In this document: piece by piece, positions 1 through 8,978 of the stretch | Layout of the letters: every line of letters starts with the position of its first letter | How positions within the stretch are numbered: position 1 is the stretch's first letter | DNA from: an uncultured virus (IMG/VR IMGVR_UViG_3300036958_000084) | Lineage: Duplodnaviria; Heunggongvirae; Uroviricota; Caudoviricetes | Direction: 5' to 3' (one strand) | IMG/VR virus record: IMGVR_UViG_3300036958_000084 | DNA: 64,000 bases | Made by a program: the position numbers and the translations under genes | The notes under the pieces: model-generated | Seen by the model: only the letters and a program-made list of their open reading frames with translations | The model's database searches: none | What the model was told of the DNA's origin: nothing

Positions 1-2
1 CG

Positions 3-197
3 CACGGGTGCTTAAAATGGATAAAATTAGAAACACCGTCAAACAAATACTTTTTCAAGACTGACGACATCCGGTATGTTAAGACGTTCCCATCAGGCGT
101 CAGAATTGAGTTTAATGATGGTAGATCAACTGATGTTATGATGGATCCAGATGTTGCTGAAAAAGCAATCATGGAAGCAACAGAAGATTGGATCTAG
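3..197 (+). CDS. 5'-truncated hypothetical protein (weak FlbD-like pattern)
   Basis: Open frame from the window edge, ...LKWIKLETPSNKYFFKTDDIRYVKTFPSGVRIEFNDGRSTDV...EDWI*; not in the ORF track. Confidence 0.6.
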   Translation, partial: HGCLKWIKLETPSNKYFFKTDDIRYVKTFPSGVRIEFNDGRSTDVMMDPDVAEKAIMEATEDWI

Positions 198-204
198 GTG
201 GCAT

Positions 205-345
205 ATGGCTGAGTATAATTTCTGGGACGATCGTACAACAGAAGAGAATGATGAGAACTGGTGTCCAGTAGGTATGTGCTACTGTATAGAAGAAGACTGT
301 GAACATTGTGAAGCAGCTAAAGAGTTTGAAGCTTCACTTCCATAA
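205..345 (+). CDS. small acidic Cys-rich hypothetical protein
   Basis: AGGTGG SD then MAEYNFWDD; CPVGMCYC..CEHC. Confidence 0.65.
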   Translation: MAEYNFWDDRTTEENDENWCPVGMCYCIEEDCEHCEAAKEFEASLP

Positions 346-359
346 GAAAGGAGACCAAC

Positions 360-545
360 ATGGCACGTGTAGATAGAAGAAAGAGAAGACTTAACGTCAG
401 GAGGCTTGGATATGTAACTGCTGCCCTTGCTGTCCTGCCTGCAATCATCATCGGAAGAATGACAGTAGGACTTAATACACCAACTTTCTGGGTGTCAGTC
501 ACAATTGCACTGTGGGCTGAATACAGACTTGGTTGGATGAACTAG
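360..545 (+). CDS. small membrane protein
   Basis: AAGGAG SD; basic N-terminus followed by two hydrophobic segments. Confidence 0.7.
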   Translation: MARVDRRKRRLNVRRLGYVTAALAVLPAIIIGRMTVGLNTPTFWVSVTIALWAEYRLGWMN

Positions 546-553
546 GAGGTACT

Positions 554-766
554 ATGAACGACGAGACAATAACATTACAGACTGCACCGCCGAGTACAGT
601 CAAGATCAAAGACATCTTAGGAGCATATCGTGTGGCGTCCACCGTGCACGTCATGATGCGTGACAACCATTTGAAGGTCATCTGTAGATCTGATGAGGAG
701 GCACATGCTAGCTTAGTAGTTATCTTGAAGGCTACAGGCCAGCAGCCGCTCCATGAATATGTTTAA
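554..766 (+). CDS. hypothetical protein
   Basis: AGGAGG SD before ATG 554. Confidence 0.7.
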   Translation: MNDETITLQTAPPSTVKIKDILGAYRVASTVHVMMRDNHLKVICRSDEEAHASLVVILKATGQQPLHEYV

Positions 767-793
767 TACTTAACCATTAACTCAAATTTTGCT

Positions 794-827
794 GGGTCCG
801 GGAATTCCTCGGGCCCTTTTTCTTTTT
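794..827 (+). terminator. rho-independent terminator of the rightward genes
   Basis: gggtccggg-aattc-ctcgggccc hairpin followed by tttttctttttt. Confidence 0.8.
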
Positions 828-993
828 GTCAGCAATTTATGGCGCCCGGCCTGAAATGCACACATGCCAAGCATCAGCTCAAAATAGCCTGAATAGATCT
901 CATCTTCCGCATCCAAGTCTGACAATAAAAATAGGGCCTCCGAAAGCAAAACGCACACATGCAATGCGTCAGCTCGCAAGGCCCACCAGAGAT

Positions 994-1019
994 AAAAAAA
1001 AAGGACCCCGAAGGGTCCC
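994..1019 (-). terminator. rho-independent terminator of the leftward early operon
   Basis: Minus strand gggaccc-ttcg-gggtcc followed by a T run. Confidence 0.85.
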
Positions 1020-1045
1020 ATAGTTTAAAGAGAATATATGTCAGC

Positions 1046-1222
1046 TTATTCAGGAGTAACATCATCGAACTCAACTTGACAATCCACATCAACAGTCATG
1101 TCACACTTAGGACTTTCAGTAGACCAAAGCTGCTCAACGATATTCTTAGCATCTTCAGCAGTATCAGCCTCGACCTCAACCAGCTTGGTAGTTGTCACAG
1201 TGATATTGACCAAACGTTTCAT
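1046..1222 (-). CDS. 58-aa DpnD/PcfM-like small protein
   Basis: Not in the track; MKRLVNITVTTTKLVEVEADTAEDAKNIVEQLW...; ATG overlaps the upstream TGA; AAGGTGA SD. Confidence 0.7.
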   Translation of the reverse strand: MKRLVNITVTTTKLVEVEADTAEDAKNIVEQLWSTESPKCDMTVDVDCQVEFDDVTPE

Positions 1223-1578
1223 CAGTCAGTCACCTTCTTTCTATAGAAGTCAAGCGCCCAGTCTAGTGACTTAACCAGCCTGCTATCAGGTTCATCATAA
1301 CCATATGCAGTCAGTACGCGCTTCGCATGCACAAGATGACAGTAGATAGTTAAGTACTGTTGTGCACGAAATCCCGGACTAACCATCACTGCTGTAGGAT
1401 GGATTGTACCTTTACTGGTAGATGTATTCATACGGTCGTTATTGACAACCAGCATACGATGTGCATGTTTAGCACGATAGATAGTGTGCATAAGTTCAGG
1501 CATATCAGCAATGAAATTGGTTTCACCACTTGATACACTGTTGCCATCAATTATGGCATTATAGAATAGCCTACTCAT
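1222..1578 (-). CDS. hypothetical early protein
   Basis: Translationally coupled ORF in the leftward operon. Confidence 0.75.
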   Translation of the reverse strand: MSRLFYNAIIDGNSVSSGETNFIADMPELMHTIYRAKHAHRMLVVNNDRMNTSTSKGTIHPTAVMVSPGFRAQQYLTIYCHLVHAKRVLTAYGYDEPDSRLVKSLDWALDFYRKKVTD

Positions 1579-1919
1579 CCTTCAGTCATCTCCTTTTTGA
1601 GTTCATACAGAAGTTCATCTATACAGTCATTAATCAGCTCGTAGCCCTGTCTTGCATACTCTTCATCCTTGTCGTCAAGAATTGCAACGTCAGTAAGATG
1701 ACTCACGTCATCAGCACACTCAAGTGCAGCCACCAGTTCTCTGAGTGCATCATAGCCATTGCCAGTAGAAGCAGCAGGCATATCAACAACCACTCCTTGA
1801 ATATCAAAGCCGAACAGATTATCGATCGACTTTGCAATTGAAGCAGACTCAGAGGTCTCTCCAATGCAAGTGACATTGCCTTCTGCTGTAATCATGTAGA
1901 ATAGTGTCTGTCCATCCAT
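1575..1919 (-). CDS. acidic hypothetical early protein
   Basis: GGAGGTGA SD; D/E-rich. Confidence 0.8.
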   Translation of the reverse strand: MDGQTLFYMITAEGNVTCIGETSESASIAKSIDNLFGFDIQGVVVDMPAASTGNGYDALRELVAALECADDVSHLTDVAILDDKDEEYARQGYELINDCIDELLYELKKEMTEG

Positions 1920-1922
1920 CAG

Positions 1923-2300
1923 TCAGTCACCTCCTTCCAGTAATGGCAAATAGTCTTCAGCAGTCTCCCAACCGCGGACTTGGTCGTCCAAATCATTGAG
2001 AAGACAGTTTGTATATTCCCAGTAGTTGGTCTTGCCATGTCTCTCGAATGCAGGCATACAGCATGCATCAAGAACAGTCATCAGAAATGCAATCTCAGTC
2101 CAGCAAGCATCACCAAGCGTGTGAACCTGCTCTATTGGGGTGGACTCATAAACAGGCACCAACGATGAATGCTTAATTGCACGGATTGCATAGTGAACAG
2201 GCATATCGTCTGACATACCCGGCAGTCTAGCAGCAGCAAGTAGTGCTGTCCATATCTGGCAAAGCCAGCCAGTTTTGTGATTATATTCCAGTCTGTCCAT
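1923..2300 (-). CDS. hypothetical early protein
   Basis: GGGAGG SD. Confidence 0.8.
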   Translation of the reverse strand: MDRLEYNHKTGWLCQIWTALLAAARLPGMSDDMPVHYAIRAIKHSSLVPVYESTPIEQVHTLGDACWTEIAFLMTVLDACCMPAFERHGKTNYWEYTNCLLNDLDDQVRGWETAEDYLPLLEGGD

Positions 2301-2459
2301 AACAGCCTCCCTTTGTTAAATCAGTTAATTTAAGTTACGAAAAAGCCAAAATTTTGTCAAACTCCGGAACGATCACCGGCTTAATTAATTGATTTGACTT
2401 GATAAAGCTAGTCCAGTCGCCCCGAGTGTTCCCGAGGCGAGGTTCCTAGCATCGTTCCG

Positions 2460-3209
2460 TTACTGAGCAGCCTTGGCGAGCATATCCTGAAGCTCTTCAG
2501 GACTGAGGCTCTTGAGGTATTCAGCGAGCTGGTCGTTAGTAGGTACTGTGTTGCTGGTCTTGACAGCCTTGGGCTGCACTCCTCTCATGTCGTTCAGCTT
2601 CTTGATGTCTGCGTCTATCTGGTCGAGCTGGTCCTTCAGCACTGTATCTGTCACCCCAGCAGCTACTATAGCTCTGTAGGCCTGACTGAGTCTGCAGCGC
2701 TTGGACTGTAAGCTCTTAATCTTCTTGGTGATGGCATCCCTGTCAGCACCGTCCATATCCTCTACTGAGAACCCGGTCGATGGTGCCTTGTATGCCTTGC
2801 CGGATGCAGCTCTGATGACCAGTTCTGCAATCCATGCTGAGATGTAGCGTCTGATGGTGTCGAGGGTGGTCAGTCCTGCCTTCTTGGCCTTTGAGCGGTC
2901 TGAACGTCTGGACTCCAGTAATCTACTGAGCTCATCCTCAGTAGCTCCGTCGAGCATGGACTTATCAGGCACTTCGACTGCCTTGTCTACGAAGGCTACC
3001 AGTGCCTCGTGGTCGCCGGACTGCACGGCCGCTGCCAATGCGCCTATCTCTGGGTCAGTAGATGCGAGCTTGATTGCGTCGAGTGCGAGAGTGTTGCAGG
3101 CGCTGATGAGTTCCTGAGAACCCGGGATTGTTCTGCCTGTTACAGCCTGTACGGATGTGCCTGTGAATGTGAAGCCTGTTGCTTCATTCTTGTTAGTATT
3201 GTTAGCCAT
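2460..3209 (-). CDS. Ala/Lys-rich helical early protein
   Basis: First gene downstream of the promoter array; GAAAGGT SD. Confidence 0.85.
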   Translation of the reverse strand: MANNTNKNEATGFTFTGTSVQAVTGRTIPGSQELISACNTLALDAIKLASTDPEIGALAAAVQSGDHEALVAFVDKAVEVPDKSMLDGATEDELSRLLESRRSDRSKAKKAGLTTLDTIRRYISAWIAELVIRAASGKAYKAPSTGFSVEDMDGADRDAITKKIKSLQSKRCRLSQAYRAIVAAGVTDTVLKDQLDQIDADIKKLNDMRGVQPKAVKTSNTVPTNDQLAEYLKSLSPEELQDMLAKAAQ

Positions 3210-3299
3210 ATGATACCTTTCCGCGCTACGTTGCCCAAGGTAGCACTTGGTCTGATAGACCCTGATTTGAAAATTTAGTGGGCATGTTAAAGTGGTTTG

Positions 3300-3630
3300 C
3301 TTGACAACTTTATTATACTACAAGTTGTCACTATGTTAAGTCTTAAATTTCTTCAAGACTTAGTGACTTACTTGAAGCACCTCAAGTGGTCAATCTTATT
3401 ATACACTACTCTTGTACTTGATTAAGCCTTAAGTTTTTCAAGACTCTAAGTAATCAAGTCAAGTGCTGTGCTTTGACAACTTAATTATACTAAACTTTTG
3501 TACTACATAAAGCTTTAATTTTTTCTAAGCTCTATGGTACTTAAGTCTTGCTTTGCTCTGTTGTCAAGCTTATTATGCCATTAGATCTGTCTGTATAAAG
3601 CCATAAGTTCTTCTAGACCTACGGTGCTTT
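3300..3630 (-). promoter_or_regulatory. array of four degenerate ~86-bp promoter units
   Basis: Minus-strand TATAAT/CATAAT at 3312-17, 3398-403, 3484-89 and 3572-77, each with a similar upstream block. Confidence 0.75.
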
Positions 3631-3817
3631 ATTTAAATAATGTCGCACGCACGTTTTATTCACGCGCGGTTAATTACGGGCGCGCGAGCATGCAGGCGCA
3701 CGCGCATTATATATTATAATGCAACTTTGAGCTGTCAAAAACCTAGAGAGTCCACGGCTTGACAGTGCCGGGCCCGGACCGGTCCGTCCTAGAAGATAGT
3801 AGCTCACTTTTGTATGG

Positions 3818-3959
3818 ATCAAACGCCTAAGCATCGAGCGTCACCTCCTTTCCAAGCTTAGGCTGGAATTTAAGAAACGCACACATGCATCAAACGCCTA
3901 AGCATCGAGCGTCACCTCCTTTCCAAGCTTAGGCTGGAATTTAAGAAACGCACACATGC
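3818..3959. repeat. perfect 71-bp tandem duplication
   Basis: 3818-3888 is identical to 3889-3959. Confidence 0.95.
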
Positions 3960-3969
3960 TCAATCCTCA

Positions 3970-5250
3970 TCAGAAGAACCTGATTTCGCCAGACTCAAAG
4001 TCATACTCAAAGTTGTCAGGATACTGCTTAACAATTTCATCAAGAGCTTCATCGATGTCAATACTGAATTCAACCTCAAGATCCCATACATAGATAGTGT
4101 CTGTCTGCTTTCTTGCAAACTCATCTCTGAGCTTGGAAGCACGCTCCCAGATTACCATTTCAGGACTTGCAGGAGGAACGATAATTTCAGGTCTGTTGTT
4201 TTCTTTGTCAACTTCCTCTGCCCACATGTCAGGGCTGATGCCATAGTTCTTGTCCTCAGGAGAGGGATCAGTAGATCCCTCATCCTCAGTTGTAGTTGTT
4301 GCAGTCTTAGCAGCTTTAGCTTCAGCCATCTTTGCACGAAGTGCATCTTCTATAGCCTTACGCTTAGCTGCCTTCTCTGCAGCAGCCTTTGCTTCTTCAG
4401 CACGCTTAGCCTCTGCTTCTGCACGCTTAGCACGTGCCTCAGCTGCGAGTCTTTCTCTCTCAGCCTTAGCTTCAGCTTTCTCCTTTGCCTCAGCTTCCTT
4501 GATAGCTGCAAGCTCAGCTGCCTTAGCAGCCTTGTCAGCTTCAATAGCCTCAGCATCAGACTTATTGAAGGATATATCCTCTGCAGTAACATTTGGATAG
4601 AGCTTGATGAGCTCTCTCACAATCTCTGGGGTGATTACTACAGGAATGCCCTTAGCAATCTTCTCTTCCAGGGTCAGGTTAACTGGAACTGTTGGGATGA
4701 CTTCAGTCTTATTCTTGCAAGCAGCTGCACGCTGTCTTGCATAGTCCTTCGCATCCATGGCTATCATATAGCCGTTAGCACCAAAGTACTGAGCGAATGC
4801 TTCAGGCTTCTTAGACTGAATAGAAGCGATGTTATTGTAGATTGAACGCCAGAAGTCTTCATCGCCATCGAGCTGCTTGAGCTCTTCAACTGTATACTGC
4901 CACTTAGACTTGCTAAGCTTAACAGTAGATGTTGTTGCGCGATACTGCTGACGTACATCAGCGTCGGTTGGCTTGGTATACTCATCAAAGAGTGATACCA
5001 GGTAGAGCTTATCCATCTGACCTCTGAACCTAACCTTCTTGTCAGCAACAAGATTTGTTCTAAGTCTCTTCTTAAGCTCTGCCTCAGTAGCGAAGCCAGA
5101 CTCAACAGCCTTCTGAACCTCCTGGTCCAGGTAGCTGATGATCTTTTCATCAGCTGTTGTTGCATCAGTTCTCTTGAGGAACTGGTAGGTGTTGAAGAGA
5201 TTGGGCCACTGCATCTCAGGAGTGGTGTAAGCGTTAGTATTGTTTAACAT
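3970..5250 (-). CDS. early protein with a long A/E/K-rich coiled coil and acidic C-terminus
   Basis: GAAAGGA SD before MLNNTN; AKAEAERERLAAEARAKRAE-type tract. Confidence 0.85.
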   Translation of the reverse strand: MLNNTNAYTTPEMQWPNLFNTYQFLKRTDATTADEKIISYLDQEVQKAVESGFATEAELKKRLRTNLVADKKVRFRGQMDKLYLVSLFDEYTKPTDADVRQQYRATTSTVKLSKSKWQYTVEELKQLDGDEDFWRSIYNNIASIQSKKPEAFAQYFGANGYMIAMDAKDYARQRAAACKNKTEVIPTVPVNLTLEEKIAKGIPVVITPEIVRELIKLYPNVTAEDISFNKSDAEAIEADKAAKAAELAAIKEAEAKEKAEAKAERERLAAEARAKRAEAEAKRAEEAKAAAEKAAKRKAIEDALRAKMAEAKAAKTATTTTEDEGSTDPSPEDKNYGISPDMWAEEVDKENNRPEIIVPPASPEMVIWERASKLRDEFARKQTDTIYVWDLEVEFSIDIDEALDEIVKQYPDNFEYDFESGEIRFF

Positions 5251-5375
5251 AATCTTTTCCTTTCTGCCTACTATTGTCAGTAGGACTTGTCTTAAGTTGT
5301 TTACTTTACGTGTTTGGTTACTCTCACTCACCAGAAGTCTCTGTCAATTATCTATTAGTCGCTCTGACCTAGCGA

Positions 5376-5852
5376 TTAATCTTTCTTGTCACTATAGTGA
5401 TAGCCGCGTGCGGCTGTGAATATTGCGATGTCAAACTCTTCGTTTGTAGCTTCGTCTATCGCAAACAGGCGTGCTGTTGCGATGAATTTGTGTATGCTCT
5501 TATTCATTTTGAGCTCGAGCTTCTTCTCGAGCCCATCGAATGCATCCATTATTGTTTTGTAGGGGATTGGGCTAATGCGTCTGTCAATGAGCTTAATGCC
5601 AATGATAGGCATGCCAGAAGGTGTAACCTTCATAACCTTTCCAGGTGCATTGAGCCACTGAACACTGGTTTCAAGTTTGTGCTTGATGAGGATAAGTGTC
5701 TTGCCAGTAGATGCCTCAAGGTGATCTACATAAGGTGCCTTTACTGTGCCTGCATAGTCTCTAGGGAGAACAGGCTTGTTGTCTGCCCAAAGGTCATACT
5801 TTGGCTCGCTGCCATATACTGGCTTGCATGCAAATTTGTTGTTGTGTTTCAT
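5376..5852 (-). CDS. hypothetical early protein
   Basis: GGAAAGGA SD before MKHNNK. Confidence 0.8.
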   Translation of the reverse strand: MKHNNKFACKPVYGSEPKYDLWADNKPVLPRDYAGTVKAPYVDHLEASTGKTLILIKHKLETSVQWLNAPGKVMKVTPSGMPIIGIKLIDRRISPIPYKTIMDAFDGLEKKLELKMNKSIHKFIATARLFAIDEATNEEFDIAIFTAARGYHYSDKKD

Positions 5853-6063
5853 AATCATTTTCCTTTCCGAGCATATAGCTCTCAAAAATTTGTTTGTGAC
5901 GTCATCTCACAGTCACAGGATTGTCTCTGTAAAATTTTCAACAGGGCCGCCTAAACGCACACCTGCAGACTTTCACTTAAAAGGCTAAATCATCATCTTC
6001 GAACTCATCTTCATTTACGAAGCGTGGCTCAAAGTCAAACCCTTCACCATCAACTTCAAGATC

Positions 6064-7083
6064 TTAGTCATCAAATCTGTCGAGCCAAGCAGCTCTTGCT
6101 GCATTGTTGTATTCAGTGCATACTTCAGCAAGTATTTTTTCAACCTCACCAGTGATGTCATTTACTTCATTGTTAGCAATAAATACCTGACTTGGTAACC
6201 ACTTATCATACTCGGCCTGACAGTCTTTGATGAGCTCTACATCCATGTGCTGTCCTTTGTAATCTACAGAGAAGAGACACGATGTAGCATCATGACTCCA
6301 GTAGGTAGCAATACAATTGCCCATGCGTATACCTTCTTCAGCAAGTTCATCTGCCTGCTTGAATACATGCATGCATGCGTTTACTTTGAATAATGCAGTT
6401 TTTATTGCATGCAGTATGTCACACTGCTGTGTTATTATATCATTATAGTCTCTAGGCTTTATCATTGCATAGCGATCAATGGCCTGTACGTTGCTAATGG
6501 CATCTTTGAGCTGTTTTGTAGAATATTTACCGTTTACAAGCTGAATGCATGGTTTGCAGTCAGTAAGTATGTACCATGCAGCCATGTATGCATTACGAAT
6601 ATCAAACTGTTCAGCCTGCATTATTGTATGCATTGCATATTTATATACTTCATTAGTACGTTTAAAACATGCCTTTTCAAGCTGATTAGCCCTTACAACG
6701 TATGCATCAAAGTTCTTAAGCACATTACGTGCAGCCTCTTCAGTGCATACCAGTAGATACCTAGATATAGGTATTATGCGAACGAGGAAGTCTTCCTGTG
6801 CTGTGAGGAATGTCTTAAGGAAGCAAGGCTCCTTAAGCTTAAGTACTTCTACCAGTGCAGTACCGATTTCATAGTATTCATGGCACATATCCATACTCCA
6901 TACAGTTAACTGTACGACTGTATGCAGCATGTCCATATCACCAAGAATTATCTTTGCCTGTGCGGGTGTAGGTGGTGCACCTACGTTTGTGAATAAGCGT
7001 GTGAGTTTTGTTACTGTGCGCTTGTCAGCGCAGTTGTAGTCACTGCAGTACTTTTCTACAGCTTCTCTGATGTTTGTCTCCAT
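6064..7083 (-). CDS. hypothetical early protein
   Basis: AAAGGAGGT SD before METNIRE; alternative start at 7119. Confidence 0.8.
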   Translation of the reverse strand: METNIREAVEKYCSDYNCADKRTVTKLTRLFTNVGAPPTPAQAKIILGDMDMLHTVVQLTVWSMDMCHEYYEIGTALVEVLKLKEPCFLKTFLTAQEDFLVRIIPISRYLLVCTEEAARNVLKNFDAYVVRANQLEKACFKRTNEVYKYAMHTIMQAEQFDIRNAYMAAWYILTDCKPCIQLVNGKYSTKQLKDAISNVQAIDRYAMIKPRDYNDIITQQCDILHAIKTALFKVNACMHVFKQADELAEEGIRMGNCIATYWSHDATSCLFSVDYKGQHMDVELIKDCQAEYDKWLPSQVFIANNEVNDITGEVEKILAEVCTEYNNAARAAWLDRFDD

Positions 7084-7178
7084 GCTTGAGACCTCCTTTG
7101 AATTATTTGTGTACAGCATAAAGCGGCACTCCTTTCTGTGCTTAACGTTATTCGTCACCCAACAGTAGATTTGATTAA

Positions 7179-7382
7179 TTAGAACTTAAGAGGTGCAATA
7201 GCACGACCATAGCAAGTGAATACAGTGTGAACAGTCTCACCAAACTCACCACAGGTGAAGATGCCGTCTGCCTTAGCAGCATCAAAAGCCTCCTTTCTTG
7301 TATTATAAAGACCATAGTAGTAAGCTACGATTGTCTTTGCCTGCTCGAGGATCTTCCTCTCGTATGTGTAGTATGAAGTCAT
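7179..7382 (-). CDS. hypothetical protein
   Basis: GAAAGGTGG SD before MTSYYTY. Confidence 0.75.
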   Translation of the reverse strand: MTSYYTYERKILEQAKTIVAYYYGLYNTRKEAFDAAKADGIFTCGEFGETVHTVFTCYGRAIAPLKF

Positions 7383-7502
7383 AATGACCACCTTTCTCCA
7401 ACAACTAATGTTGGCTGATCAATTGCGACCTGCAGAGGCTTAGGCCGCCTTAGCTCATTTTTTGTAGAAGACTGAGTCTTCGATTGCCTCTACCTAGGTC
7501 CT

Positions 7503-7629
7503 GCGACTCTCGCCGCACTACACTCTAGCGACTCTCGCCACACTACACTCTAGCGACTCTCGCCGCTCTGCCTCACAGCAATCCTGCTCCTCTACGTCAC
7601 AAGATTAGCGCTACTCTACGTCACAAGAT
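7503..7629. repeat. tandem 25-bp repeats (about 2.5 copies) plus a 16-bp direct repeat
   Basis: gcgactctcgcc(g/a)cactacactcta at 7503, 7528 and 7553 (partial); ctctacgtcacaagat at 7590 and 7614. Confidence 0.9.
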
Positions 7630-7709
7630 AATTAGCTCAAAAATTGCTGGGCCATAAGTCTACGACAATTCGTATTATAAAATATAAAAATATGGGAAGG
7701 AGGGACCAT

Positions 7710-8450
7710 ATGTCAAAAGAAGGCTTGATAGTAGATCCCATGTGGCCAGAAGGCGTAAAAGTAGTTGGTGAGGCAGAGGAACTAACGCCAGCTGAAAAAT
7801 TTATGCTAGAAACGAAGGAACGTGCTGAAGCTGAGGTCGAGGTTCCAGGAGACTGGCAGGGGCTTAGTAGATCATTAGGTCTCGAATTATACGAGCGTCA
7901 GCCAGAAGAGTCTGATGAAGAATGGCGTGCATGGAAGACCTATAGAGACATATACCCCGGAAAACTACCTACAATGAGCCAGCTAAGTAAGATGACTGAC
8001 ATAGGTGTTGGTAGATTAGTTAGAATGTCAGATAAATGGTCATGGAAGGTACGAATGCTCCATTGGGCGCGTAGTACCGATGCAGAAGGGGCTGATGAGC
8101 GCCGGAAGGCAATCAAAGCGATGCAGGACAAACAACTGGCACTAACTGACGCAATGTTTGATAAACTAAGAGAAGCAGTAGATTATATAGACCCAACCGT
8201 AATGAGACCAAATGAGATTACGGGTATGCTCAAGACAGTAGCTCAGCTGCAAAAAGACATTACAGAGTACGTACCTGATGAAGTGGTACAACCGGCACTG
8301 GATGGTCATGCAGTAAAGCAAAGTCAGGTAACAAAGAAGGAAGACATCGGAAGCATTGCAGAAATACTCTCATCAGTAGGTCTTTTAGATGGAGCTACAC
8401 TGGGAGTACGTACAACTGAGTTAGTAGTAAAACCAAAGGAGGATGATTAA
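7710..8450 (+). CDS. probable terminase small subunit
   Basis: First gene of the packaging operon; PEESDEEWRAWKTYRD...KWSWKVRM HTH-like pattern. Confidence 0.6.
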   Translation: MSKEGLIVDPMWPEGVKVVGEAEELTPAEKFMLETKERAEAEVEVPGDWQGLSRSLGLELYERQPEESDEEWRAWKTYRDIYPGKLPTMSQLSKMTDIGVGRLVRMSDKWSWKVRMLHWARSTDAEGADERRKAIKAMQDKQLALTDAMFDKLREAVDYIDPTVMRPNEITGMLKTVAQLQKDITEYVPDEVVQPALDGHAVKQSQVTKKEDIGSIAEILSSVGLLDGATLGVRTTELVVKPKEDD

Positions 8451-8961
8451 TATGGGAGATGTAAAGTTGCATTATGAACTGCCTAAGCATACGTGTAGTT
8501 GCTGTGGCAAGGAAAAGCCGGTGACTGAGTTCTATACTCAGAGCATAACTGGGCTGCCTACAAATCAGTGTAAAGAGTGCATCAATATCAAAAGAGCATG
8601 CCAGAGGAGCAGACGCAAGGTTAGTAAATTTGCTGCAAAAGAGCGCCAGCGTCAGTGTGAGGATGTTACATATACAGTAGCTGACTGGCAGGCTACTATG
8701 CTACATTTTGGTGGGCGATGTGCATATTGTGGTAAGCCGCAGGGGCGTGCCAAAGCTGACCAGCTGGATAAAGACCACGTGATTGCGTGTAGCAAGGGAG
8801 GCAAAACCGAGAGGCACAATATCATCCCTGCATGTAGAAAGTGCAATCGTGGTAGAGGCAATAAGGACTGGAGAGAATGGTTCCAGGCGCAAGACTTTTA
8901 CTCAGTAGAGCAGGAAAAGCTCATTGATAGCTGGATTGCTGACTTGGACTATAACGTATAA
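8443..8961 (+). CDS. HNH endonuclease with N-terminal zinc finger
   Basis: CAYCG...DKDHVIA.SKGG...NIIPACRKCN; N-terminal CxxC...CxxC. Confidence 0.9.
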   Translation: MINMGDVKLHYELPKHTCSCCGKEKPVTEFYTQSITGLPTNQCKECINIKRACQRSRRKVSKFAAKERQRQCEDVTYTVADWQATMLHFGGRCAYCGKPQGRAKADQLDKDHVIACSKGGKTERHNIIPACRKCNRGRGNKDWREWFQAQDFYSVEQEKLIDSWIADLDYNV

Positions 8962-8978
8962 TTTTAGGAGGAAGAGTT

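Noticed and set aside
782..1246. Track ORFs 782-1021, 826-1023, 874-1092 and 959-1246
   Set aside because: They span two convergent terminators, lack SD sites, or overlap the better-supported 1046-1222 gene.
3300..3630. Periodic repeats as a CRISPR array
   Set aside because: Units are degenerate along their whole length, contain -10 boxes, and no cas genes are present.
7503..7629. Mini-CRISPR array
   Set aside because: The repeats abut each other with no unique spacers of suitable length.
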